Made by a program: the position numbers and the translations under genes | Part shown: positions 52,770 to 64,000 of the stretch, piece after piece | Layout of the letters: every line of letters starts with the position of its first letter | Position numbering within the stretch: position 1 is the stretch's first letter | Source of the DNA: Camelus dromedarius | Lineage: Eukaryota | Assembly: GCF_036321535.1 (NCBI RefSeq) | Contig: NC_087472.1 | Coordinates: 96,784,001 to 96,848,000 of the forward strand | Reading direction: 5' to 3' | Length of the DNA: 64,000 bases | Notes under the pieces: model-generated | The model's database searches: none | What the model saw: only the letters and a program-made list of their open reading frames with translations | What the model was told of the DNA's origin: nothing

Positions 52770-54250
52770 ATATTCTATTGCTGGGTAGCATATTACCACA
52801 AACTTAGCAGGTTAAACAACACATATTTATTACTTATTACTATATTAGTTTCTGTGGTCACAAGTCTGGGTATGGCTTAGCTGGGGCTTCTGTATAGGAT
52901 GTCACAAGGCTGCAATCAAGGTGTCAGCCAGGACTGGGGTCTCATCTGAGGCTCTGGGTCCTCTTCTAAGCTCAAGTGGTTGTTGGCAGAATTCATTTTC
53001 TTGCTGCTGTAGAACTCACGGCGGCTAGCTTCTTCAAGGCCAGCAGGAGAATCTATCTCTATCTCCAAGGACAGCCCGATCTCTCTTTTAAGAGCTAACC
53101 TGATTAGATCAGGCCCACCCAGGGTATTGTTTCCTTTGATTAACTGAAAATCAAACTGACTAGGGGTCTTAATTACATCTGCAAAATGCCTTCACGTTTG
53201 TCACATGCCATAACTCAATTATGTGAGTGACAGCCATCAGATTCACAGGTCCTGCCCATGCTGAAGAAAAGGAACATAGATAGCAGGGAGTGGGAATCAA
53301 GGAAGTCATCTTAGGATTCTGCCTACCACAGGCACTGAATCAGAGACCTCTAAATGGCATTGTGCCTCCAATAGGAAAAATAGATGAGTCTGAGTACCAA
53401 AGGGTAGAAGTAGGCATGGTCCCAATTACCATCACCCCTAATGACCCCTTGTGGAACTTTATGTTTCCTAGACCTGCAACTCTGGGCTCTGCAGAGTTCA
53501 AGGTTCTGTTCCACAGAGGATCACACTCTTCCCACTGGACAGCAAGGGTCCCATTGAACTATAGGTATAACCACTGCCAGGGCTTTGGACTCCTGTGGCC
53601 AAGGAGTCCCCATCTTGGCAGGGGTAATTGCCCTTAATCAGAAGGAGGTATGGCTGCTGCTACACAATGGAGCAGGGACGAAGGTGTATGGAACTCAGGT
53701 TGGGGGATGGTGTGTGTATTTATATATATTTATATTTATAGAATTTTTTTGGTGGATGTGACAGGCAGAATAAAGGCCTCTAAAAAATGTCCCATCCTAA
53801 TCCTAGGAATCTGTCAATATTTTAGGTTACATGGCAAAGGGGAATTAAGACTGCTAATCAGCTGACCGTAAGATAGGGACATTACCTGGGTTATCCCGGC
53901 GGACCCAGTGTAATCACAAGGGTCATTAAAAGAGGAAGAGAGAGGGTCAGAGTGTCACAGGAAGATGTGACTATGGAAGAAAGGCACAGAGAGATGCAGC
54001 GTGGCTGGCTTCAAAAAAGGTGGAAGGGGTGCCAAAGGGTGCAGGTGGCCTGTGGAAGCTAGAATGAGCAAGGAAATGAATTCTCTTCTAGAGCCTCCAG
54101 GAAAGAAAAACGCTCTGCTAACACCTTGATTTTAGCCCAGGGAGATCTGTGTCAGATGTCTGACATCCAGAACTGTAGGATAATAAATGTGTGTTGTTTT
54201 CACTCGCTAAGTTTGTGGTAATTTGTTACAGCAGCAGAGGAAACTAATAT
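52770..54250. mobile_element. MaLR cluster (MLT1 LTR, internal fragment, MLT1D-like LTR)
   Basis: Typical MLT1 motifs (GGCTGCAATCAAGGTGTCAGC; AATAAATGTGTGTTGTTT). Confidence 0.7.
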
Positions 54251-56519
54251 GGTGGGTATGGAAAATACTATCCAGATCACATTGTCCAGGAATAATTCAC
54301 TCTTGCTGTATCAAGAGTACTTTGCATGTTCCTCAATTAGAGTTACTGTCATTATATTATATTGGTTTGTTTCCATTTCCTCTCTCTCTTAGGCTGTTTG
54401 CTCCTCCTAGTCCGGGACTGTGCCTTATTCATCTCTGTATTTTTAGTCTCTCAAATGTCATTGAATCTCCATGCGTGTCTGTGGTGACAAAGGAGGAAGT
54501 GGGGAGGCACGTGTGGAGGAGATGCTCTGGTGGTGACGTCAGCAATGGGAAGGAGAAACCCAAGAACTGGTGGAGACTGAACCGGCTGACGTTAGTTCTC
54601 TGCCGTGTGGGCTGGTGGGGCTGGAATGTGGAGAGTCTGCAGGTCTGCTGCAGGCTTAGGGAGGCAGTGCCAAAAGCAGCTTGGTTTCTGTGGGGCTATT
54701 GGTCCAGGAATGATTCAGCAGAATTCTGAGTCTTCCAGATACACCCGATCAATTATAAACCCCTCTCTGACTCCCTCCCACTCCCGCCACCCAGAGTATT
54801 TCTCAACCCTTATAGTCCCAGACTGGAAACCACAGACTTTCAGTTAGAAACTGAGCAGCTCCAATCACTAAAGTATTCAATTTGGGATTCCCCTGAGTGA
54901 CACCATTTCTCTAGGTACCCAACACTAGACTTCAGTACCTTGAGGGGCCCTGAATGTGATGTGCCCTTTAATAGCAAACCCAAGCTCTGGCAGGTTTGGC
55001 CTGACACATTTATTCCAGCAAATTAGAGTAGATTGCTCTCAGTTTATGTGTGTGTGTGAGTGAGTGTGTGTGTGTGTGTGTGTGGTTAAAATTAAATACA
55101 AAATGGAGACTGGACTTGAGAATACCCTGTGCAGACAAAACCATTTAAGACAGTAAGCAAAGCTCAATCTAGCTTATTTCATAAACATAAGTGGAACTTA
55201 ACCTAGGTTATTTCTTATAAATGCTGCTGACAATCATAATAAAAAACAACTTAAGTCATCTTCCTAAAGATGGTTTGAGATAATCACTTGTAATCAATCC
55301 CCTGCCATCTGGAAACCCCCATTGTAATAACCAATCATTGTAAACATTAATAACTTTCTCACTTTCACTTTATAAGCCATCCTATAACTTCATGCCCCTG
55401 AGCTTTATAACAGTCTTTGAATTTGGAAGCTCCCAGTTCACAAACTGTTTTCATACGCATAATAAACTCTTAACTAAATTCTATTTATTGATTTGGTGGG
55501 TTTAATTTTGTTATTTCTGAATTTCTGACAGTTTTCTGACATTAGAAGTGGGATCCAAATAAGACTCTCAACAACTCGGAGGCCAGTGAGCAACCAGATG
55601 CTGGTATCCACAGGGTGCATTGAGCTCACGGCTTTCTCCCCAACCTTGCAGTCAACCCAAGCTCCGCTCTCTTTGCATTTTGAACTCTCCGATCTTGTTG
55701 TGCACGTCTGTTTTCTGGTTGTTGAAGCTTCTTGGTAAGTCACCCTTCTGTCTGTAAGGGGAGAAACTGTTATTCCCTGGATTTTAGGCAGCAGTTGGAT
55801 TACTGAGCTCCACATAGACTGTTTTAGTGAATCTAAAGGCAGAGATAGGTCCTGCCTGGTTTAAATCTCATTCTTCTCCCTCAAAGACTCCTGGTTCTTA
55901 TATGTATACCCTCTGTGGACCAGGATCTTGTACCTTTCTGGAAAAATGGGTGAACTTTACAAAGGATAATTTGGAATTGTAGTGACACTTTGGGGAAATT
56001 TTAACTTAGACAAGATAGTCCACTTTAAGGGTGCCCTTCAAAACAGAATCGCAAACTTCTCAGAGACAATGGAAGATATTCTTCCACTGGTATGTAGAAG
56101 CTTCTAAGAGGCAAAATGACTCCAAAATAGCTTCTCTGAAAGAATCCTTACAGTGCGCGCACGCCCCTCCCTGCCACATTCTTCAGTAAAAAACTTTGGC
56201 CATTTGACATCATCTGAGCAGATAACCTTAAGTTAGTTTGTCTGCCAGAAACAAAATTTGGATCCAGATTCTTTTGAATTTTGTATTATTATATCTGAGA
56301 CATAGCTAAAATTTTAAAATGGAAACTCTAAGATTTCTGTGTCTGTCTATGTATTATGTATGTCCATATATGTAAATTATGTATATGTGATATTTTCAAA
56401 GGAGTTCTACTTAATTGGCTTATAGAGAAATAAGCACTTATATAAATTAAGTATTCCTAAAACTCGCAGAAATAGAGACTCTAAGCCAATCGTTTTCAAG
56501 TTCACATGATCAGGATAAT

Positions 56520-57269
56520 CTTTTTTTTTTTGGTAGTTTGATTGAAGTTCAGTCAGTTACAATGTGCCAATTTCTGGTGTATGTCCCAGTCATATGTATG
56601 CATACATATATTCATTTTCATATTCTTTTTCATTAAAGGTTATTACAAGATATTAAACATAATTCCCTGTGCTACGCAGAAGAAACTTTTCAAAATCTAT
56701 TTTTATATATAGTGGCTAACATTTGTAAATTTCGAACTCCCAAATTTATCCCTTCCCATCCCCTTTCCCTGGTAACCGTAAGATTGTTTACTATGTCTGC
56801 AAGTCTGTTTCTGTTTTGTAGATGAGTTCATTTGTGTCCTTTTTGTTTGTTTGTTTTAGATTCCAGATATGAGTGATATCATATGGTATTTTTCTTTCTC
56901 TTTCTGCCTAACTTCACTTAGAATGACGATTTCTAGGTCCATCCATGTAGTTGCAAATGGCATTATTTTATTCTTTTTTATGGTCGAGTAGTATTCCATT
57001 ATATAAATATACCACAGCTTTTTTATCCAGTCATCTGTCAATGGACATTTAGGTTGCTTCCATGTCTTGGCTATTGTATATATTGTTGCTATGAACATCG
57101 GGGTGCATGTATCTTTTTGAATTAGAATTCCCTCAGGATATATACCCAGAAGTGGGATTGCTGGATCATATGGTAGGTCTACTTTTAGTTTTTTGAGGAA
57201 TCTCCATACAGTTTTTCATAATGGCTGCATCAAACTACATTCCCACCAGCAGTATAGGAGGGTTCCCTT
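56520..57269 (-). mobile_element. L1 3' fragment inserted in the ERV
   Basis: ORF 56856-57098 is the ORF2 C-terminus; TSD AGGATAAT. Confidence 0.85.
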
Positions 57270-59536
57270 AGGATAATATTTGATAAATAAAAGCTAGTTT
57301 AAGTTTGTTGGTTTAATAAAAACAGGTGTGTTTTTGGAATTGTCAATATTAAATGTAATGCAAACATACAATTTTTTCTACCTTTGTTTACTAGTCAAAT
57401 AAGCTCATGTCCTCTCTGTATTACAAAATAACTTAAGATTATGGCTAGCTGATGTCTAATCTAAGTATAATTGTTAAAAACAAGTAATTTAGATAAAAGT
57501 AAATAAGATAAAAGTTTATACTAAGCTAAATAATGGATATTTATTAAATATCTAGGTCATTTCCAAATAAGATAATTACTGAGACATAAATTTCAGTTGA
57601 TCTACTTTTGACTTCATAATTTTTACAGACAAAAGATATTTGGGTTTATTAATAAATATGTCTTTTGCCACATTAAAAATTGTATTATGAAAAACATGTT
57701 TCTAAAAAGTATAAGTTTTTATAACTATGTATTTATAAATTTTCTAATTACTATAGGATGCTAATATATGATAGTTCACTTTTGCCTGCTTCCTAGTTTT
57801 CACTGGAAAGTAAAGATTACTCACAGTTAAAATTTATAATCAATATGTAAAAATAGAACTACTAGAAACAATAAAGGGTGAAGGAAAACAACTTTGTATA
57901 TAAAGTAAGGGAAAAAATAGGATTTTTAAACTATAAGTGAAGGTTTATTTCATTTCCTCATAAAAAAACAACTCCATAAAATCCTTGAATTAAAAACAAC
58001 AGTTTTTTCACTAAGTATTTGCATATATTTTTCGACATACTTTTTTCTCCCTTCAAATTCCAGTAGAATTGAGATATTCATTATCTTGTCACAGCCACAT
58101 ACCCCATAATTATGTCAACAGAACTTCTATCCATTCTTCATAAAGCCCCTGAATAACTAGGATTAAGAAATTAAACTCATTGATCTAAACCCAGGGCTAT
58201 TAATCCCCCACAAGTGCCAAAGCACTCATTATGAGACTGGCTCTTCTGGTTCCTCACTAAGGATGTATAGATGTGTTCTACATCCTGAAAATAATAGACT
58301 GAGTTTACATGGCATGGATACAAGCAATAGTTACTGCACAAGTGAATGGGACACAAAAGCACCTGAGCTGGTTGATCAATGTGTTGTAGGGAAAGGAGCT
58401 GATGGCTGATTTTCTCTTTCCCTCTAACTCTTTGCAGCCAACAGCACATGAACATTATGTTAGACTGTTCCGCCCATGCTGTTTCTCACTTTGATTCAAA
58501 GAAATGAACACTGACATTGCTCTCCCCCACATTGATTGGAAGGAATCAATATGATAGTGAAAATATTGCTGATTCTAGGGTTATGGAACATCAAAGGATC
58601 CTTATTATGAAGGCTGAAGTTGAAATTTTAAACAATTGAAGTATAGTTGATTTACAGTGGGATATATTTTTATATGAGGCGTATGCAAGGAATATAGTGT
58701 GTGTATTTCTTAAGGAGACAGAGTAATGTTGTCTAAAATAAAATGACTGGTTTTTTTCAGAATAAGAAAGGAAAAAGAACAAGACAAAACCTAAATGAAA
58801 ATAGAAAGATGCAGAAGTTTTATGGAAAAGAAATTTTATGTTGTGAGGTCATAGCAGGCTGAGATTGAATACATTTATTCCCAAGGATATTTTTTAACAT
58901 TTTTTATTGATTTATAATCATTTTACAATGTTGTGTCAAATTCCAGTGTAGAGCACAATTTTTCAGTTATACATGAACATATTTTTAAAATGAGCTCAGT
59001 TATGTACTTATACAAAACTGGAGTTTAATTTTCTCTCTGTTAAAATCACAAAACTTTTTTAGATTGTTGATCTGCTCTTAATAAAATATTATAAAAGGTT
59101 TTTCTTTACCTCTAATGTGACATGCCTAGGAAACAAGGATTCTGTGTCTTGGGAAATATTTCATGTGCTCCATATTGTCTTTATCAGATCTTTGATTACT
59201 TAGGAAAACTGAGTCTTTTCAATTTTAAGAGGTAAGGTTATTTACAACTATATAACTTTCTATTTTTGCCTTTGAGGTCTTTTAATTGTCACTTTGGTAA
59301 GTGGAAAAATAAGTATTCTTTCATAGTGATTTGTGCTCCTATGTTGATCAAGTGTTTTAAATCTTTTGACATTTTTAACAAACTTCCCCCAAATTCCGAA
59401 TGAAGAGTTTTTGACCTCAAACTAACTTTAGGATTTTCTAAAGGGCCCCTAGAAGATCTCAAAAGATTTGCTCTCTCTCCTTATAAAAGTGAAATGTTAA
59501 TTTATTTAGGCTTATTTGATATTAAATTGCATGGAA

Positions 59537-59630
59537 GGGGAGGGTATAACTCAGTGGCAGAGCACATGCTTAGCATGCACGAGGTGTTGGGTTCAATCCC
59601 CAGTACCTCCATTTAAAAAAATTTTTAAAA
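59537..59630 (+). mobile_element. tRNA-derived SINE, Vic-1-like
   Basis: GGGGAGGGTATAACTCAGTGG...GGTTCAATCCCCAG. Confidence 0.8.
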
Positions 59631-59945
59631 GCTTAAGCCGTCTTCCTAAAAATGGTAGGAGATAATCACTTTTAACCCATCCCCTGTCATCTGGAGACCC
59701 CCATTTTAATAACTAGTCATTGTAAATGTTAATAACTTTCTCACTTTCACTTTATAAGCCATCTTATAACTGTATGCCTTGAGCTTCATATCATTCTTTG
59801 AATTTGGAAACTCCCAGTTCAAGAACTGTTAAAAAAATTTTTTTTTCATATGTGCAAACTGTAATAATTATACCTAATAAAACTGAAAAAGGAAAAAAAA
59901 TTTCCTTCCTTTTATTGAGATATAATTGATATATAGCACTGTATA

Positions 59946-60069
59946 CTTTTTTTTGGTGGGGGGAGGTAATTTATTTGTTTAATTTTTTTCCTAATGCAGG
60001 TACTGGGATTGAACCCAGGACCTCATGCTTGCTAGGCATGTGCTCTACCGCTGGGCTATACTCTCTTCC
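59946..60069 (-). mobile_element. tRNA-derived SINE, Vic-1-like
   Basis: Reverse strand TATAGCCCAGCGGTAGAG...GGTTCAATCCCAGTACC. Confidence 0.8.
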
Positions 60070-60154
60070 CAAGAACTGTTTTTATATGCATAATAAACTC
60101 TTACTGAATACTATTTATTGATTTGGTGGTTTTAATTGTGCCGTTTTTGACAAT

Positions 60155-60302
60155 ATCTATGTATGTATGTATATCTATGTTTTTATCCTATCTATACCTA
60201 TACCTCCTCAGGGAGATATATATGTATATATGTAGACATACATATGTATGCATATGTATATCTATATGTGTGTGTGTGTGTGTGTATGTGTATATATATA
60301 TA
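60155..60302. repeat. (TA)/(TG) compound microsatellite
   Basis: Seen directly. Confidence 0.85.
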
Positions 60303-61074
60303 AATAAAATCTCCTCAGGGAAGTTTTATGCAAACTGTCAGGGCCAGGGTGAGGGAGATGGAGGAACCTGAGCAATACACAGGGAGTAAGGAATTGGGGG
60401 TAATAATAGGAATTAGAGTCAAGGAAGAAATGGCCACTTTGAAGTGCCATTTTAGGAGTAAAAAAGGGATATTTCCTCCCTCCAGGCTTGGTTTTTGCCT
60501 CTCCACAGATGATGCCAAACAGAAGCCATATGTGGTGTCCTGTGCATTGTGCTAATGAGTTACCTATATAAACAGAACGAAGCAGTCTAACAATCCCATA
60601 AAGATCACACATGAAGATAAACCAGCTAGAATAACGTTATTGTTTCTGAAGATAAAGTCAACTAATACTAATGGCTCCCTCCTGTCTTTCTGCGGCTCCA
60701 TCTTCAAATAGCACAAGATACAAATTTACACCCAAAGACATGTAAACTCTAGCAACCAGCATGATTCTAGTGTCTATAAAATATACAGATCCTCCCTGTA
60801 AAGTAAGTTTCAAAAGCGTGCGAGCACTCTGAAGCATGACTTTTTGCAGAGATAGTAAAGTATGTTTATAGCTTTGTTCCTTCTGTGGTTATGCATTCTG
60901 GTGCAGCTCTAATTGTATCGGAGGTACTTGTTCATTTTCCTTGGATTGAGGAAGGGCAGGGTTGGTTCCTATGCTACCCCAGCTGAATGGGCTGCCCTGG
61001 AGTCTGAAGGAAGGTGCTGTTTCCCAGCTGGGATGGTAGCAGTTGGGGTGGTACGAGGAAAATGATGGAAGGGA

Positions 61075-64000
61075 GATTTCCGCCAAGATGGCAGAGTGGT
61101 AGGACCATGAGCTCACCTCTCCTTGCAACTACAACGAAACTGCAAGTGAATGCTATAACAACCATTGACAAAAGACTGGAACCTAGCAAAAAAAAAATCT
61201 GCAACTGGAAACATAAAGAGGGAACCACAGCAGGATGGTAGGAGGGGCGTGTTCACAATATAATTGGGCCCCATACCCTCTGGGTGGATGACCCACAAGC
61301 TGAAGATTAGTTAAGTTGAAGAGGCCCTCCTACAGGAGTGAGAGCTCTAAGCCCCACGTCAGGCTTCCCAGCTCGGGTCCTGGCATTGGGAAGAGAAGAA
61401 GACCCCAGGACATCTGGTTTTGAAGGACCGGGGGACTTGTCTCTGGGAGCCTGACGGGACTGGAGAAAATGGAGACTCCATTTGCTTGAGAAGCATACAC
61501 GGAAAGTCACGTGCTCCAGGTCCAAGAGCAGAGGCAGTGATTTCATAGGAACCTGGGCCAGACCTACCTGCTGGATTTGTAAGGTCTCCTGTGGACGTGG
61601 GGGATGGCTGTGGCTCAGCCAGTGGACATAAAAGCTGATGATGGATATTCCGGCAGTATTAATCTACATGAGCTTTCCTGGAGGCTGACATCTTGATTGG
61701 ATCATTAGCACCAAGACCCAGCCCCACCCAACAGCCTGTAGGGAAGCCTCAGGCCAAACAACATACAGGGTGGGAGCACAGCCCCACCCATCAGCAGACT
61801 TCCAGAGCCACAAAGACCTCTAGACACATCCCTACCCACCAGAGGTCCAGGACCAAGCTTCACCCAGCAGTGGGCAGGCACCGCTCCTCCTGCCAGGAAA
61901 CCTGCATAAGCCTCTAGTCCAGCCTCACCCACCAGGCACAGATACTAGAAATAAGAAAACAACTATCCCAAAGCCTGTGGAAGGAACCTACAAACACATA
62001 GAAAGATAGACAATATGAGATGGCAAAGGAATATCTCCCAGGCCAAGCCACAAGATAAAATCCCAGAAGAGGAAATAAGTGATGAGGAGACAGGCAATTT
62101 ACCTGAGAAGAGTTTAAAGTAATGATGGCGAAGATGTTCAGAGAACTCAAGAGGAGTACAGATGCACAGAGTGAAGTCTTTAGCAAAGAGTTGGAAAATA
62201 TAAATAACATCCAGAGTTGAAGAATAAAATCACTAAAATGAACAACACACTAGAAGGAAGCAAAAATAGACTAAATGAGGCAATGGAATAGATCAGTGAG
62301 CTAGAAGACAGATTAGTGGAAATCACTACTGAAGAACATAAAAAAAGAAAAAAGAATAAAAAGGAATGAGGATAGTTTAAGAGAACTCTGGGACAACATG
62401 AAGCACACTAATATTTGCATTATAGGGGCCCCAGAAAGAGAAGAGAGAGAGAAAGGACCTGAGAAAATTTTTGGAGAGATAATCACTGAAAAATCCCCCA
62501 ACTTGGGAAAGGAAACAGTCACCCAAGTCCTGGAAGCACAGAGAGTACCACACAGGATCAACCCAAAGAGGAACACACCAAGGCACATAGTCATCAAATT
62601 GACAACAATTAAGGATAAGGAGAAAATATTAAAATTAGCAAGAGAAAAGCAACAAGTAACATACAAAGGAACTCCCATTAGGTTATCAGCTGATTTTTCA
62701 GCAGAAACTCTACAGCCAAGAAGGGAGTGGCACGATATATTTAAAGTGATGAAAGGGGAAAACTTACAACCAAGAATACTCTATCCAGCAAGGCTCTCGT
62801 TCAGACTTGATGAAGAAATCAAAAGCTTCACAGATAAACAAAAGCTAAAAGAATCAGCACCACCAAACCAGCTTTACAACAAATGTTAAAGAAACTTCTC
62901 TAGTCACCAAACCATAAGAAAAGAGAACAAAAAAGAAGAAAGAGGGAAAAAAAGACCTACAAAAGATTGCTTTGGCTGTTCGGGGTCTTTTGTGGTTCCT
63001 TATAAATTTTGGAATTGTGTGTTCCAGTTTTGTGAGGAATGTTGCGAGTATTTTGATGGTGCTTGCGTTGGATCTGTGGATTGCTTTGGGTAGTGTGGCC
63101 ATTTTGATAGTGTTGATTCTTCCAATCCAAGAGCACGAGAAATCTTTCCATTTCTTTGTGTCATTTTGGCTTTCGGAGTATAGGTAACTTCCTTGGTTAG
63201 GTTTATTTCTAGGTATTTTGTTGTTTTTGATGTAATGGAAATGTTTCTGCCGGTTATAAAATTCTGCTTTTTGAAGTGCAAAAAAATAAAGTGAGTGAAG
63301 GGCCGCAAATGGCAAAGTATCCTTCTTTCTTATGGTGAGCTGTATTCCATTACATATATGTGTGCTGCATCTCCATTATCTGTTCAACTATTGATGTGCA
63401 CTTAGGATGCTCCCATATCTTGGCAATTATAAATAATGTTGCTGTTAACAGCAGGGTGTATGTATCTTTTTGAGTTAATTCTTATTTTGTGGTTGGCTTT
63501 ATTCCTTTGATAACTATGTAAATTAAAAAAGCTAAAGCTCTAAACGTTCCTAGAAACAATGAACAGTACATATATGTAAATTTAAAAAATATGTGCAGTA
63601 AAAAAAAAAAAAAGAAATGAGCTATCAAGCCATGAAAGACATGGAGGAAACTTGAAAGACCTATTACTAAATGAAAGAAGCCAGTCTGAAAAGGCTACAA
63701 ACTGTACGATTCCAACCAAATGACATTCTGGAAAAGGCACAGATACAGAAACAATACAAAGATTGTGGTTTCCAGGGGAGAGGGAGGGAGGGAGGAATGA
63801 ATAGATGGAGCACAAGGGATTTTTAGGGCAATGAAATTATTCTGTATGATACTATAGTGGTGGCTACATGTCATTATGCATTTGTCAAAACCCATAGTAT
63901 GTACAACATCAAGAGTGAACCCTAATGTGAACTACGGACTTTGGTTGATAATAATGTGTCCATGTTGGTTCATCGATTGTACCAAATATGCCACACTGAT
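61075..64000 (+). mobile_element. Composite ORF1-only (HAL1-like) L1 derivative, copy B (runs off the window end)
   Basis: Begins GATTTCCGCCAAGATGG; frameshifted ORF1 62015-62903; inverted counterpart of copy A. Confidence 0.85.
62015..62903 (+). pseudogene. Disabled L1 ORF1p (mirrored at ~18773-19661 on the minus strand)
   Basis: NICIIGAPEREE...TPRHIVIKL...YKGTPIRLSADFSAETLQ...YPARLSF are ORF1p RRM/CTD motifs; several frameshifts. Confidence 0.9.

Larger units (their letters stand above)
55081..60152 (+). mobile_element. Decayed ERV1 provirus
   Basis: 5' LTR 55081-55530; Leu-tRNA-like PBS ~55537-55554; gag MA remnant ~55900-56130 (FLEKWVNFTKDNLEL); partial 3' LTR ~59632-60152 homologous to the 5' LTR. 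Confidence 0.8.

Noticed and set aside
59537..59612. tRNA-Ala-like gene
   Set aside because: Degenerate stems, an A-rich tail and multiple dispersed copies indicate a SINE.
1..64000. Neighbouring genes APOO and ACOT9; CRISPR or other prokaryotic systems
   Set aside because: No matching exons recognised and no repeat-spacer arrays; the sequence is eukaryotic.

Overview
This is mammalian genomic DNA, most likely camelid, inferred from tRNA-derived SINEs resembling Vic-1. The only protein-coding gene I can support is SAT1 (spermidine/spermine N1-acetyltransferase 1, X-linked in eutherians) on the minus strand: 6 coding exons, 34787->32276, 171 aa. Its known control elements are visible: a 110-nt NMD poison exon in intron 3, two uORFs, a CpG-island promoter and a candidate ARE/polyamine-response element. 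The rest is mostly interspersed repeats (L1, MLT/ERV LTRs, a decayed ERV1 provirus, MER/Tigger, SINEs). The most unusual structure is a pair of inverted ~3-kb composite ORF1-only ('half-L1'-like) retroelements bracketing SAT1, at 17547-20579 (-, with a 17-bp TSD) and 61075->64000 (+, running off the window). Their first ~750 bp are clearly diverged, yet the remaining >=2.17 kb appears identical, pointing to gene conversion, an inverted duplication or an assembly artefact. Repeat family names are from pattern recognition only and their boundaries are approximate.
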